Assembly (NCBI GenBank): GCA_965208025.1
Contig: OZ242302.1
Location: forward strand, 2,797,980 to 2,861,979
Direction of reading: 5' to 3'
Length of the DNA: 64,000 nt
DNA from: Rhodothermales bacterium
GTDB lineage: Bacteria; Bacteroidota; Rhodothermia; Rhodothermales; Bin80
Shown: positions 22,701 to 29,373 of the stretch, in pieces
How positions within the stretch are numbered: the stretch's first letter is position 1
Layout: each line of letters opens with the position of its first letter
Notes under the pieces: generated by a model
What the model saw: the letters and a program-made list of their open reading frames with translations, nothing else
What the model was told of the DNA's origin: nothing
The model's database searches: none
Position numbers and translations under genes: made by a program

Positions 22701-24290
22701 ATAGAGGAAGGACATCCGAGTGAACAGGTTGGGGAGGGAGATACCTATGTCCCCGTAGATACCGATGCAGGGGCAAGTCTTAGGGTTCGGGTTGCATTCG
22801 TGGACGACGCAGAGTTTGAGGAGAGGTTGGAAAGTCCTCCCCGACAGGTTCGCTACACGAGTCGAATCCGTACGGCATGGATGGGACGTCTAGGACGGAC
22901 GGTGGCGGATCAGGTCTTGCGGGCAACGCAGTGTGAAGGGCGTGTACAGCGGTCCCGGCGCAATGAAGTCTATCTGGCGGGGCAGCCCTTGACATTGGCT
23001 TCGTTGCCGAATTATGTGCATGTGCAAGAGGTCAAGCCGGACCGGCATGCTTTACTCCTTGGAACGACCGACCCGGTGTACCGGCTTGGCCATACGCTGA
23101 CGCGGGAGCGCCTATTGCAGGGCAGTTCATTCCGGCATGGGATGCAGGACGAAAGTGGAGTTTCTCTCTGGGGACATGGAGCGGTATCTCGCGTTCAGGG
23201 TTCGGAAGGGGCCTTGAACCTGGAGGGACGCATATCCAGTGGAATGCTGGGGGCAGACTGGATCGGAGACAAAGGGGGACTGAGCGTACTGGTAGCTCAT
23301 ACACGCTCCGAGGGCGAGTATGCGATGGCAGATGATAAAGGTTTGCATTCCGCCTATCTGACCGGAGTATACCCTAATGGGTGTTATGCGCTCACGCCGG
23401 GGCTCACGGCGTGGGGTGTGGTCGGATATGGTCATGGATCCATGACCGTGGAACAGGTTCCCGCCCCTATAGATCTGCGGATGGTCGGTGGGGGAATTTA
23501 TGGGCGAGTCCGTACGGTGACGAAGCGAGGACTGGAGCTTGGGATTCGTTCGGATGCTTTGCTGGTACAGATGGCCGCGAGTGGGACCGAGGAGTTGTCA
23601 GAAGATCAGGTGCAGGTATCTCGGTTGCGGCTGGGATTGCAAGGAACCATACGGGGGATCCATTTGGGAAAACGATCTACGATAGAGCCAGCAGCGGAGT
23701 TGGCCCTCCGTCATGATGGCGGCGATGCAGAGACAGGATTCGGGGTAGACATGCAGGTCGGGTTCATACTTTCGGCGCCAGCGAGTGGTCTGAGCATGGA
23801 GGTGAGCACGCGTGCAATACTGACGCACCAAGACAGCGGACTTCAGGAGCAGGGGCTTGCTGGAGCGGTGACTTGGGATTCTCGGCCCCACTCCAACGAG
23901 GGATTCCAAATCCGAATGGAGCACACTATTGGGGCAGATGTCCTCGGTAGTACAGAGCGGTTGCTACGAGCTGAAACGATCCAGCCACCATATGCAATCT
24001 ATCAAGCGGGAGACCTGCGAGTGCAGGCAGGCTACGGGTTTGCCCTGTTCTCCAAGGCACTAACCCTGAAACCAGAAGTTAGCTTCAGCGGATGGGGACA
24101 GCAGCGCAGGTATGAGATGGGATGGAACCTTGCAAGGGCAGATGAGCATCCGACCAATGTGCAACTCTTTGTCGGCACAACTGGGCAAACGCAGCAAGAT
24201 GCTCCTCTGCAACTCCAGCATCTGATCCGCCTGCAACTCAAAAACAGTTCAAATAGACTCGCGAAGTCCAAGCGGAGGCATGAGGATTAA
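16701..24290 (+). CDS. Giant adhesin-like protein (2529 aa), paralogous in architecture to 1613-9820: Ig-like domain, LRR block, 11 tandem Calx-beta-like modules, cadherin-like domain, autotransporter-like barrel
   Basis: A signal-peptide-like segment FSPIGLFLVLVSFFPSLVWA|QD lies at residues ~65-83, so the start is uncertain. An Ig-like domain (DTTPPTVSSATVDETTLVVVFSE..) lies at ~16950-17290. About 8-9 LRRs of 24 aa (LTSLHxDLFDGLTSLxxLxLxxNx) follow. One type-B module and 11 type-A ~115-aa modules lie at 18423-22206. A cadherin-like domain (EEDTPHPFGISDFGYNDPEGDPL...FDFKVSDGTSES...VTPVNDV) lies at ~22215-22540. The C-terminal barrel-like region contains VSLWGHGAVSRVQG..MLGADWIG... Confidence 0.82.
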   Translation: MYLSNFQSIYPLFFVQIFLLSFVFSVKSIGDRVSGQDRSEQGFQIFWITKVFLSCRNSRIKWRHFSPIGLFLVLVSFFPSLVWAQDTTPPTVSSATVDETTLVVVFSEELVSVSGLTNSAFTVKKRPSRGSEEDQSLIGTPTVSGETVTLTSSSPVIASDRGTVKVSYTAPTESDAKLRDAAGNNVVDFMDLKVLNLRSGICSRTEVVKDLILNEITRTEFCDEVTSNDLSNIPYLSFSEMGITELKSGDFNGLSNLASLNLATNSLTSLPQDLFDGLTNLDLLNLFANSLTSLHEDLFDGLTKLETLGLGENPLTSLHQDLFDGLTSLNRLQLRTNSLTDLHPDLFDGLTSLTRLELHTNALTNLHQDLFDGLTSLEWLELDNNALTDLHPDLFDGLTSLSRLELQNNSLKSLHPDLFDGLTSLEEILLDNNSLTCVPAKIFSRASIRISPSSLAACPALSVTLSTNPSTIGEEDEATEVAVTGTLNVLQSTATPVTVSVGSGTATSGTDFTAVSDFTISILGNTLSATGTFTLTPTSDTVDEPDETVMITGTSVVEDVTVNGTSLTITDNDATPTVTLHLSPTSIGENAGSSMVTATLNHPSSEETTVTISLDPTLPATDSDYTLSGSTLTIAAGATESTETVTIAAEDNNVIAPDKIVTVQGTASNTQGIIDPTDVELTITDDDLELIVTLILSPASIGENAGTTTVTARLNQASSEVTTVTVTTLPDAPAVNSDYTMSPNPTLIIAAGSTESTGLVTITAADNLVDAPDKTVQVQGTATNAQGDISPVNVELTIMDDEEAPTVTLTLEPASITENAGIATVTGVLNRPSSAVTTILVSALPDAPAAATDFALGGNLRLTIAAGETNSTGLVTITSVDNAVDGPDKTVQVQGTATNIQGVTGPEAVDLTITDDDLAPAVTLSLSPASITENNGVTTITATLDRPSSEGTTVTITTLPDAPATELDYTQDGDLLTIAAGETESTGLVTITAVDNAMNAPNKTVLVQGIATNTQGLTGPEDVELTILDDDLTPTVALELSQVSIGENGGQTTITATLSRPSSEITIIEVTVFPEAPATESDYTLSGRTLTIVAGETGSSEVMTITAVDNTTDTPDKTVQVQGEVTSSLGVTSPPPVQLTITDDELTPTVTLMLDPPIISENGGRTTVTAMLNHPSSAMTTVVVSALANPPAMASDLMLSQNTILTMAAGETESTRIVTITAVDNAVDAPDKTVQVQAVATNPQGVTVPADVVLTITDDEEVNPAVSLILTPASIGENGGQTTVTATMDPPSSFVTMIVVSVLPNAPATESDCQISDNSTLTIAAGETESTGLVTITAVDNEVSAPAKTMQVQGTVTNPQDVTGPIGVELTITDDEALPTVMLMLDPSTIEENGGRTTVTASLNRVSGMVTTIEVTVLPDASATESDYQISANPTLTIAAGEIKSTGLVTITAIDNEVDAPDKTVQVQGIATNAQGITGPAEVELTITDDEEMPQVKLQLDPPTIAENGGMTTVTATQDRASSEETTITISVFPTAPATESDYTLSIYRILTIAAGDTESTGLVTITAVDNKVDAPDKTVQVQGKVTSSLGVTSPPTVQLTITDDEAVPAVTLQLDPATIAENGESTTVTATLDRASDEETSIAVSVLPDAPATASDYVLSDHLTLTISAGELTSAGLVTITAVDNEVDAPDKTVEVRGMATNAQGVTDPADATLTITDDEEAPVVTLVLDPSTIGENEGRTTVTAILNRPSSAVTTIAVTALPDAPATESDYQLSDNQILTIAAGETESMGCMTITAVDNEVDAPNKIIQVQGMATNTQGMTDPAAVTLTITDDDESFPVAQDATVTTEEDTPHPFGISDFGYNDPEGDPLAAVRIERHPDAGTLTLGGIGFAAGTQILVAQISAGELVFTPVANAYGPAYTSFDFKVSDGTSESPSAARMTIDVTPVNDVATGRPQIIGSMQLGQVLRVSVEEIQDLDGLRRAQAGETGYGYRYQWLRIEEGHPSEQVGEGDTYVPVDTDAGASLRVRVAFVDDAEFEERLESPPRQVRYTSRIRTAWMGRLGRTVADQVLRATQCEGRVQRSRRNEVYLAGQPLTLASLPNYVHVQEVKPDRHALLLGTTDPVYRLGHTLTRERLLQGSSFRHGMQDESGVSLWGHGAVSRVQGSEGALNLEGRISSGMLGADWIGDKGGLSVLVAHTRSEGEYAMADDKGLHSAYLTGVYPNGCYALTPGLTAWGVVGYGHGSMTVEQVPAPIDLRMVGGGIYGRVRTVTKRGLELGIRSDALLVQMAASGTEELSEDQVQVSRLRLGLQGTIRGIHLGKRSTIEPAAELALRHDGGDAETGFGVDMQVGFILSAPASGLSMEVSTRAILTHQDSGLQEQGLAGAVTWDSRPHSNEGFQIRMEHTIGADVLGSTERLLRAETIQPPYAIYQAGDLRVQAGYGFALFSKALTLKPEVSFSGWGQQRRYEMGWNLARADEHPTNVQLFVGTTGQTQQDAPLQLQHLIRLQLKNSSNRLAKSKRRHED
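17455..18020 (+). repeat. In-frame 72-bp tandem repeats (LRR units), ~8 copies
   Basis: The motif ctcacgNNtctacatcNagatctgtttgatggactcaccagctta... recurs every 72 bp and encodes LT(S/D/N)LH(P/Q/E)DLFDGLT(S/K/N)L. Confidence 0.85.
18423..22206 (+). repeat. In-frame ~345-bp tandem repeats (Calx-beta-like type-A modules), 11 copies
   Basis: The module starts are PTVTLHLSP, LIVTLILSP, PTVTLTLEP, PAVTLSLSP, PTVALELSQ, PTVTLMLDP, PAVSLILTP, PTVMLMLDP, PQVKLQLDP, PAVTLQLDP and PVVTLVLDP. Each is followed by ..ENGGxTTVTAxL..SS..TT..V..LPDAPATESDY..LTIAAGETESTGLVTITAVDNxVDAPDKTVQVQG. Confidence 0.85.
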
Positions 24291-24563
24291 CTCAATCCAA
24301 AAAATAATTATTTGAGATAAGGTTATGGAGTTGTCTCTAGAATCTGTCCAGACGATCAGAGGATCAACTCTGCTGAAGTGCACCCATTTCCCCGAGGACT
24401 CTACATGGGAATTCGGGGGAATGAATGGGTTTGCCCAGCGAAAGGTTCGTTTATCAATCTTTAAAAGTTTAGCCTTTGAACAGTCTCCTATCTCTGAACC
24501 TCAAAGAGTCCCATGTATGAATCAAGAACGAATCGCCTCCTGAACTGGATTTATGGGTGGGTT

Positions 24564-24646
24564 CAGAGATTTCCAAGATCTCTAACCAAATAGGTGACAG
24601 AATTTTAGAATTGGGTATTGCGGAAAAATAGCATCCCCCCCTCCGA
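24564..24646. repeat. Left copy of an ~83-bp imperfect direct repeat (partner at 30698-30780)
   Basis: cagagatttccaagatctctaaccaaataggtgacagaattttagaattgggtattgcggaaaaatagcatccccccctccga aligns to catagatctccaagattctcttaccaaataggttacagaattttagaactgggtattgcggaaaaatagcatcccccctccga. By eye there are about 7 differences, including 2 single-base indels. Confidence 0.85.
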
Positions 24647-25035
24647 CCTGACTTCGACGGTTTGCAATTCTCTAAAAACAAAGAAAGCCTTATTTTTCAG
24701 TGGGTATAGGTCTTCTGAAAAGAGTGTTCAGACAAGTTTGAACACTACAAACACCGTCGGTTCTGCCGCTTTTTGCGGTCTGAATACCAGACGTTAAGCA
24801 ATCACTTGGGAGGCGGGTTACGGGTCGTCTTTCGTTTGAGTTTGCGGACGAACATGATACAGGTAAGATACGACACACGGTTCAAATATCTAAATCTCAA
24901 AAATAGACTGAACACTACATATTGGGAACTCGGAAAACAGGGCTAAAATGGCCCCAAATACTCCAAAAAGGCCCCAGAATCACTCAAGAATGACTATTTT
25001 GCCCTTCAAGTCAACACCTACCTGTCGAAGTCAGG
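24647..25035. mobile_element. MITE-like 389-bp element with 14-bp terminal inverted repeats CCTGACTTCGAC(G/A)G
   Basis: The left end is cctgacttcgacgg (24647-24660). The right end ctgtcgaagtcagg (25022-25035) is the reverse complement with 13/14 matches. No credible ORF lies inside. The same CCTGACTTCG motif forms the end of the IS21-like remnant at 29943. Confidence 0.55.
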
Positions 25036-25041
25036 AATTTC

Positions 25042-25290
25042 TTTCCACTCAGGGACGAGCGCTTTACCGTAGTGACAGATGACGGATTCTCGTTTATATC
25101 TGTGCGAGCACAAAATGGTGCAAAAGGACTACATACAACGTTTGGTAATAGTGAAATAGGATCTTATGCCCGGAACAGATTAGGGGTGCCTTCTATTACA
25201 TAGAAAGAAAGACAACATCTACTTAATTACAGTAGATTAGACATTGGATTTACGAAGATTGATGACGAAACCTACCTTCCGGAATTCAGC
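25042..25290 (+). pseudogene. Possible remnant of the C-terminal DNA-binding domain of a PLD/NgoFVII-type restriction endonuclease
   Basis: One frame reads FPLRDERFTVVTDDGFSFISVRAQNGAKGLHTTFGNSEIGSYARNRLGVPSIT*KERQHLLNYSRLDIGFTKIDDETYLPEF, with an in-frame stop. The pattern (xTDDGxS..., LGxYxRxRLGV..., YGRxxIxFxKIDDETY) resembles C-termini of that family as I remember them. No N-terminal catalytic part is present. Confidence 0.3.
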
Positions 25291-25823
25291 CCCAACCTTT
25301 CACCAGTCAAACAAGAAATACTTGAACCGCTCATTCAAAGTGTTCTCGGATCAACACAGTATCGACAATCTGGATATAGTGTAGCAGATGCAACAGATGG
25401 TCGCCTGCATAGTCTGGGACGTCTGAGGTACAGGGACTTGACCCACTAAACTAGGGATTGATCTTATCCTTGTAATCAAGTTTTTCTAAATAATCTTCTA
25501 GCCGACCTCTCGATTCTTGGAATTTATGGCATACCTCTGAAATTGATTTAATCACCGCATGAATTTCTTCTTGCAATTTTATTGGTGCTCATACAAAATT
25601 AGTCAAAGCTTCTCATAACTTATCAGGTGCTTTTGGGAGATCGCCCAATGATTTCCATAATCCAATTAGGTCATCTCTAAAAGTACGAGATTCGTTGTTG
25701 GCATTTTCTTTGAGGTCTGTGTTGCGTGATAACTATCTGCCTCACCTATTTTCTTGCAGAGGCGATTCATCCAGCAAAGCTACACCGATTTTTTTGAAGT
25801 CATTAAGACACGGTCAAACCGCC

Positions 25824-26168
25824 TCAAAAGTCCATGCCCAACAAAATCACGTTAGACGTCATTGACACTAATGATACACCTGTTTCTGTCCTGTCAGCCA
25901 GTGTCACATCTGCCAATCCTGTAATCATCATCAAAGCTGAATTGTTGGCCAATGCTACCTTCTGCACACCTTCAAGGGGCAAGGAAAGAGCAACAGCTTC
26001 GTGAAAAGGCAACTGAAGGAATCCAGTAAAACCAGTGTCAATTATGCCTTCATATCTCACGCCTAGATGCTCATGCTTTGTCCCACAGATATGTAAATAA
26101 ACACACGCATTGCCATATCGATCATGGTGACCAACCGTAACTTGACCAGTGTTATTGTGATCCGACAT
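25824..26168 (-). CDS. Retropepsin-like (clan AA) aspartic protease, DTGF type
   Basis: The protein is ~115 aa and has the active-site motif IIDTGFTGFLQLP and a C-terminal LLGMDF. Size and motif fit the AF_0612/TIGR03698-type bacterial/archaeal retropepsin-like family. The start could be ATG 26180 or 26168. Confidence 0.7.
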   Translation of the reverse strand: MSDHNNTGQVTVGHHDRYGNACVYLHICGTKHEHLGVRYEGIIDTGFTGFLQLPFHEAVALSLPLEGVQKVALANNSALMMITGLADVTLADRTETGVSLVSMTSNVILLGMDF

Positions 26169-26418
26169 ACCGTACCCCAAGCGAGACTGGTTGACCTATT
26201 CTAACCAAATAGAATACACCATGGGGGCACTTCTCTCGTGCTTCCATTAGGGCAATCTCTCCATATTTTCCCAAGTAAGATTTTCCTGTTAAGACATCTA
26301 TTGCAACATATTCTCCCATGTTTGAGGATTCAAGTTTTTCTTTCAGAGTTTTACGATAAATCTCCTCCCCTACTTCGCCAATTTGTTCTGGTCTGACAGG
26401 AACTGCTTTAGTAGACAT
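26152..26418 (-). CDS. Small protein (88 aa) immediately upstream of, and overlapping, the retropepsin-like gene; DUF5678-like
   Basis: It is co-directional and overlaps the protease ORF by 17-29 nt. The segment GEYVAIDVLTGKSYLGKYGEIALMEAREKCPHGVFYLVRIG resembles the small partner proteins often found next to such proteases. That assignment is from memory, not verified. Confidence 0.5.
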   Translation of the reverse strand: MSTKAVPVRPEQIGEVGEEIYRKTLKEKLESSNMGEYVAIDVLTGKSYLGKYGEIALMEAREKCPHGVFYLVRIGQPVSLGVRYVGSQ

Positions 26419-26826
26419 GGTTATTCTCTATTTGGTTGATGTAATACGTGAAAATTTTTAATTCTCCCTCTAAGATTTACACGCTGAGCAGAAGTTCTGC
26501 CTAATCCGTAGATCGGTCAGGAGATCACCGAGCGGCAAAGGACGGCTCATAGGCTTGGCAATAGAGCATGGTTGCTAGTTGTTGGTTAAGGATACAGTAA
26601 GTTTACGAAAGCTCCATAATAAGTTATGCCGGTTCATGCGAAAAGATCTAAACTGATTCAGCAGGCTCTTTTGAAATGTCTCATCAATTGCGTGGAATAA
26701 TGGGGTAGCGATTCGGGTTTGTTTGTGACCCAAAAAAGATACCTCCCAGAGCAGATCAGTTCCCTGATATTCTCAATACAAAAATCCGCCAATCATGAAA
26801 ATACCTCAAAAAATCATCCAATTGAG

Positions 26827-26844
26827 GAATTTTGAAAGAGGCTC
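26827..26844 (+). mobile_element. Solo terminal repeat of the IS family seen at 1-1134
   Basis: gaattttgaaagaggctc matches the copy A terminus gagttttgaaagaggctc (1117-1134) at 17 of 18 positions. No further similarity lies to the left. Confidence 0.5.
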
Positions 26845-27224
26845 CTACGTCAGGAAAATGTTCTCAACAATATCGTGAGAATATCATTGGTAAATCAAGC
26901 TTAAATTCTGCTATCAAAGAGCCATTATCTATTACACTGTCCAATTGTCCGGCACCTGCATAGGTGAGGGGGCTGTCCAAAGGGAAGATTCGGGTGCTCC
27001 TAAATTGCACGCCCGTTTCAAGTATAGAGGGCTGGATTGTAACCGGAGATGATTTGAAGTTTACGGGAAACAGAGGAAGGGAAAACAAAAGAACTCCCAA
27101 TTCTAAATAAAATCACCCTGCCTCTGGACTAAAGATTATTCATCAAAAATTGACACAAATTATATTGATATTCAGCTGCAGATTTCATAGGCTAAATTTA
27201 CTAATCCATATCACAACAGTTCCC

Positions 27225-27473
27225 ATGAAAAAAGTCGGTTATGTCTCAGCAGGTGTATTGTGTGCCGTGTTGGTCTTCGTATTCGTGCTGTTACCATCCT
27301 TGGAGATTGTGCGGGCTGCTAGTGTACCTAATCTTAGGTACTCCGAGAGTAGAAACGAAGGGTGTTTCTCTCCATGTGGTACATATGTATCGTGTGGTGG
27401 TGATTGTGGGGGTGGCGGCGATTGTTGCTCCCCTGGTGCTCCGCAAGGTTCTTCTTGCTTATACTGTGAATAG
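27225..27473 (+). CDS. Small secreted or membrane-anchored Cys/Gly-rich peptide (82 aa)
   Basis: ATG at 27225 gives MKKVGYVSAGVLCAVLVFVFVLLPSLEIVRA|AS.., a signal/TM segment with an AxA-like site. The C-terminal 36 aa are CFSPCGTYVSCGGDCGGGGDCCSPGAPQGSSCLYCE (8 Cys, 9 Gly). The track ORF start at 27150 adds an unlikely N-terminal extension. Confidence 0.55.
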   Translation: MKKVGYVSAGVLCAVLVFVFVLLPSLEIVRAASVPNLRYSESRNEGCFSPCGTYVSCGGDCGGGGDCCSPGAPQGSSCLYCE

Positions 27474-28527
27474 AAGCTTGCATTTTTTTTCTGTTTTTGC
27501 ATGTGTACTTTGGTTGTTATTCATTTCGGCATGTCAATCTGAGGCACCCAATAACCATAGCTATCGTGTGGTAGATTCTGGCTACATGAAATTTGAAGAT
27601 CTTTTCATTCCGGTAGATACTATTCGTTTTGCTCCCTCGGTGCTTGTCGGTAACAGGAGTTTTGTGGATCTATCCGATCAGGGTGAGTTTTTAGTGACTG
27701 ACGATGTGATGCGGAAAATTCATCTGTTCACAGCCTCGGGACTTCATATCCGTTCGTTGAAGATCTCACAGTGCAATCCAGAAGACACCGGGCTCCTCCT
27801 GAGCACACGATTCTTGGGCAATGGTAGCATGATTGCTACTACGATAAACGGTGTCTATGTCTTAGATTCCGATGGATCTTGTAAGCAACGACTCATGGAG
27901 TTGCCTCCAAATTGTCCATCCTTCTGTGAACGGCAAGACACGGTCTATTTTCTAGATCAATTTGTTCAGCCCCCTCAAGTTCTTGCTCTTTCCATTGAAT
28001 CGGGTATCGTTAGGAACTATGATCTCAGAACTCCTGAATTTCCAAGGACAACGAGTATCAAAAAGGGATATACGGGGAGGCAGATTGCCTGTTTTGATCA
28101 TGGTATATTTTATCGGTATTCTGAGAGCAGTGACGGGGAATTACTTCGTCCCAGTAGCAATCAAGTAATGCATCAACCAGTATCCTATCGTCCGCCCAGA
28201 CGGGATCTGACCTCTTGGGGTAGTGAGCGTATGAGGGAACTGAGGGAACTTTCGCGGGAGTTTACTTATTCGGACGGGATTTTTGAACTAGATGCAAGCT
28301 ACAGAATGGTGACGTTTCAGTATCCTTCCGACCCTAATGTTAATATAATTAACATGACCACAGAGACCAGCATAAGTACTTCAACGGGTCGGTTCATCAT
28401 GCTGGCCAAAAATGGCCTTTTGTATGTGTCGGGAGATTACGAGCGACTTCCCTCGGGTGAGACGGGCAATCGAACACTTGAGGTATGGAAATTCCAACCA
28501 TTTGAGTCGTCATCGTATACTGACTGA
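27466..28527 (+). CDS. Lipoprotein, probably beta-propeller fold (BF3164-like 6-bladed propeller?)
   Basis: GTG at 27466 gives MNRSLHFFSVFACVLWLLFISAC|QSE, a lipoprotein signal with lipobox ISAC. This start overlaps the stop of the peptide gene by 8 nt (GTGAATAG). Upstream of 27466 the track ORF (from 27241) runs through the peptide gene in another frame. The body is ~330 aa and beta-rich with repeated hydrophobic/Gly/Asp blade-like segments. The family call is tentative. Confidence 0.6.
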   Translation: MNRSLHFFSVFACVLWLLFISACQSEAPNNHSYRVVDSGYMKFEDLFIPVDTIRFAPSVLVGNRSFVDLSDQGEFLVTDDVMRKIHLFTASGLHIRSLKISQCNPEDTGLLLSTRFLGNGSMIATTINGVYVLDSDGSCKQRLMELPPNCPSFCERQDTVYFLDQFVQPPQVLALSIESGIVRNYDLRTPEFPRTTSIKKGYTGRQIACFDHGIFYRYSESSDGELLRPSSNQVMHQPVSYRPPRRDLTSWGSERMRELRELSREFTYSDGIFELDASYRMVTFQYPSDPNVNIINMTTETSISTSTGRFIMLAKNGLLYVSGDYERLPSGETGNRTLEVWKFQPFESSSYTD

Positions 28528-28610
28528 GTTGGTGAAGTATATTTTCACTTGAAATGTTTCTGATCTTGCGGATGAAGCGATGAGACAAATCTGACTTTCA
28601 AGAGAAAGAT

Positions 28611-29153
28611 ATGAAAAAGATTTTCTGGTTTGTCGGTCCCTTTATGTGTACATTGATCATCTGCATCGGCGCCTGGTGGGTAATATTTTCCCAAATCGTT
28701 ATACCGAGTGAAAATGTTGCAGCGCCTTCAAGTAGTTTACTTTTGAATATGCAGTTTCCTACATCTGACATCACGGATGCGAGGAGTGGTGAACCAGTGT
28801 CCCTGCCAGCGGATACATTGTCTAATGCGGTAGTCATTTTACTTGGCGGGATCGGATGCTCTCGTAACCAAGTAGAGGTGCTCCGATGGTGGAAAGAGAA
28901 TGAGAGGGTATTACATACAACAGGGCAGAGCATTCTGACTCTGTATGCCGATCCTCTAATGGGGGTGGATAGGAGTCGGCATGAGTCTCTTCTGCTGCGA
29001 CGAGCAAGCGAGGTGAATTATCCTGCTTTGGTGTATGGGGGCGGGAAGTTCAATCCTCGTTCTATGGGAATTCAAACTCCCCAGACGGTGCATGTACAGG
29101 ATGGGCGTATAGTGGAGGTAATTCCCTATAAGCATTCTATGGGGATACAATAG
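28611..29153 (+). CDS. Membrane-anchored thioredoxin-fold (TlpA/ResA-like) protein with a single Cys in place of CxxC
   Basis: The N-terminal TM helix is MKKIFWFVGPFMCTLIICIGAWWVIF. The layout F.T.D..G.PVSL......AVVILLGGIGCSRNQVEVLRWW ... YPALVYGG ... GIQTPQTVHVQDGRIVEVIP follows the TlpA-like pattern (FWAxWCxPC ... fPvl ... P.tflid.dG.iv). GCSRN replaces WCxPC. Confidence 0.55.
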   Translation: MKKIFWFVGPFMCTLIICIGAWWVIFSQIVIPSENVAAPSSSLLLNMQFPTSDITDARSGEPVSLPADTLSNAVVILLGGIGCSRNQVEVLRWWKENERVLHTTGQSILTLYADPLMGVDRSRHESLLLRRASEVNYPALVYGGGKFNPRSMGIQTPQTVHVQDGRIVEVIPYKHSMGIQ

Positions 29154-29373
29154 TACTTCTAGGAATATAGAATTCGAGAGGCGTTTCGGGTTAGAAACTG
29201 AGGTATACTACTCCATAATTGATGTCCAGAGTGCGTCAAAGAACATAAAGCGTGATTCTGGCTTTTAGCACTGGATTACAGTCTTGACGAAATGATTTTA
29301 TAATTCTTGGTTCTACTACAGTTGTCTTGAATGATTAACTCTGGTTGAACCAAACTTATTCATCTTCATGTAT

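Noticed and set aside
16745-24271. Antisense and alternative-frame ORFs inside the 2529-aa gene (for example 19941-20543, 22034-22579), and similarly inside the 2020-aa gene (for example 48764-49750, 46459-46944).
   Set aside because: The reason is the same. They are shadows of repeat-rich GC-biased coding sequence, with no family resemblance.
27241-27465. The N-terminal 75 codons of track ORF 27241-28527, and the N-terminal 25 codons of track ORF 27150-27473.
   Set aside because: The two ORFs overlap in different frames. Internal starts (GTG 27466 and ATG 27225) give a textbook lipoprotein signal and a signal peptide respectively, which makes the extensions unnecessary.
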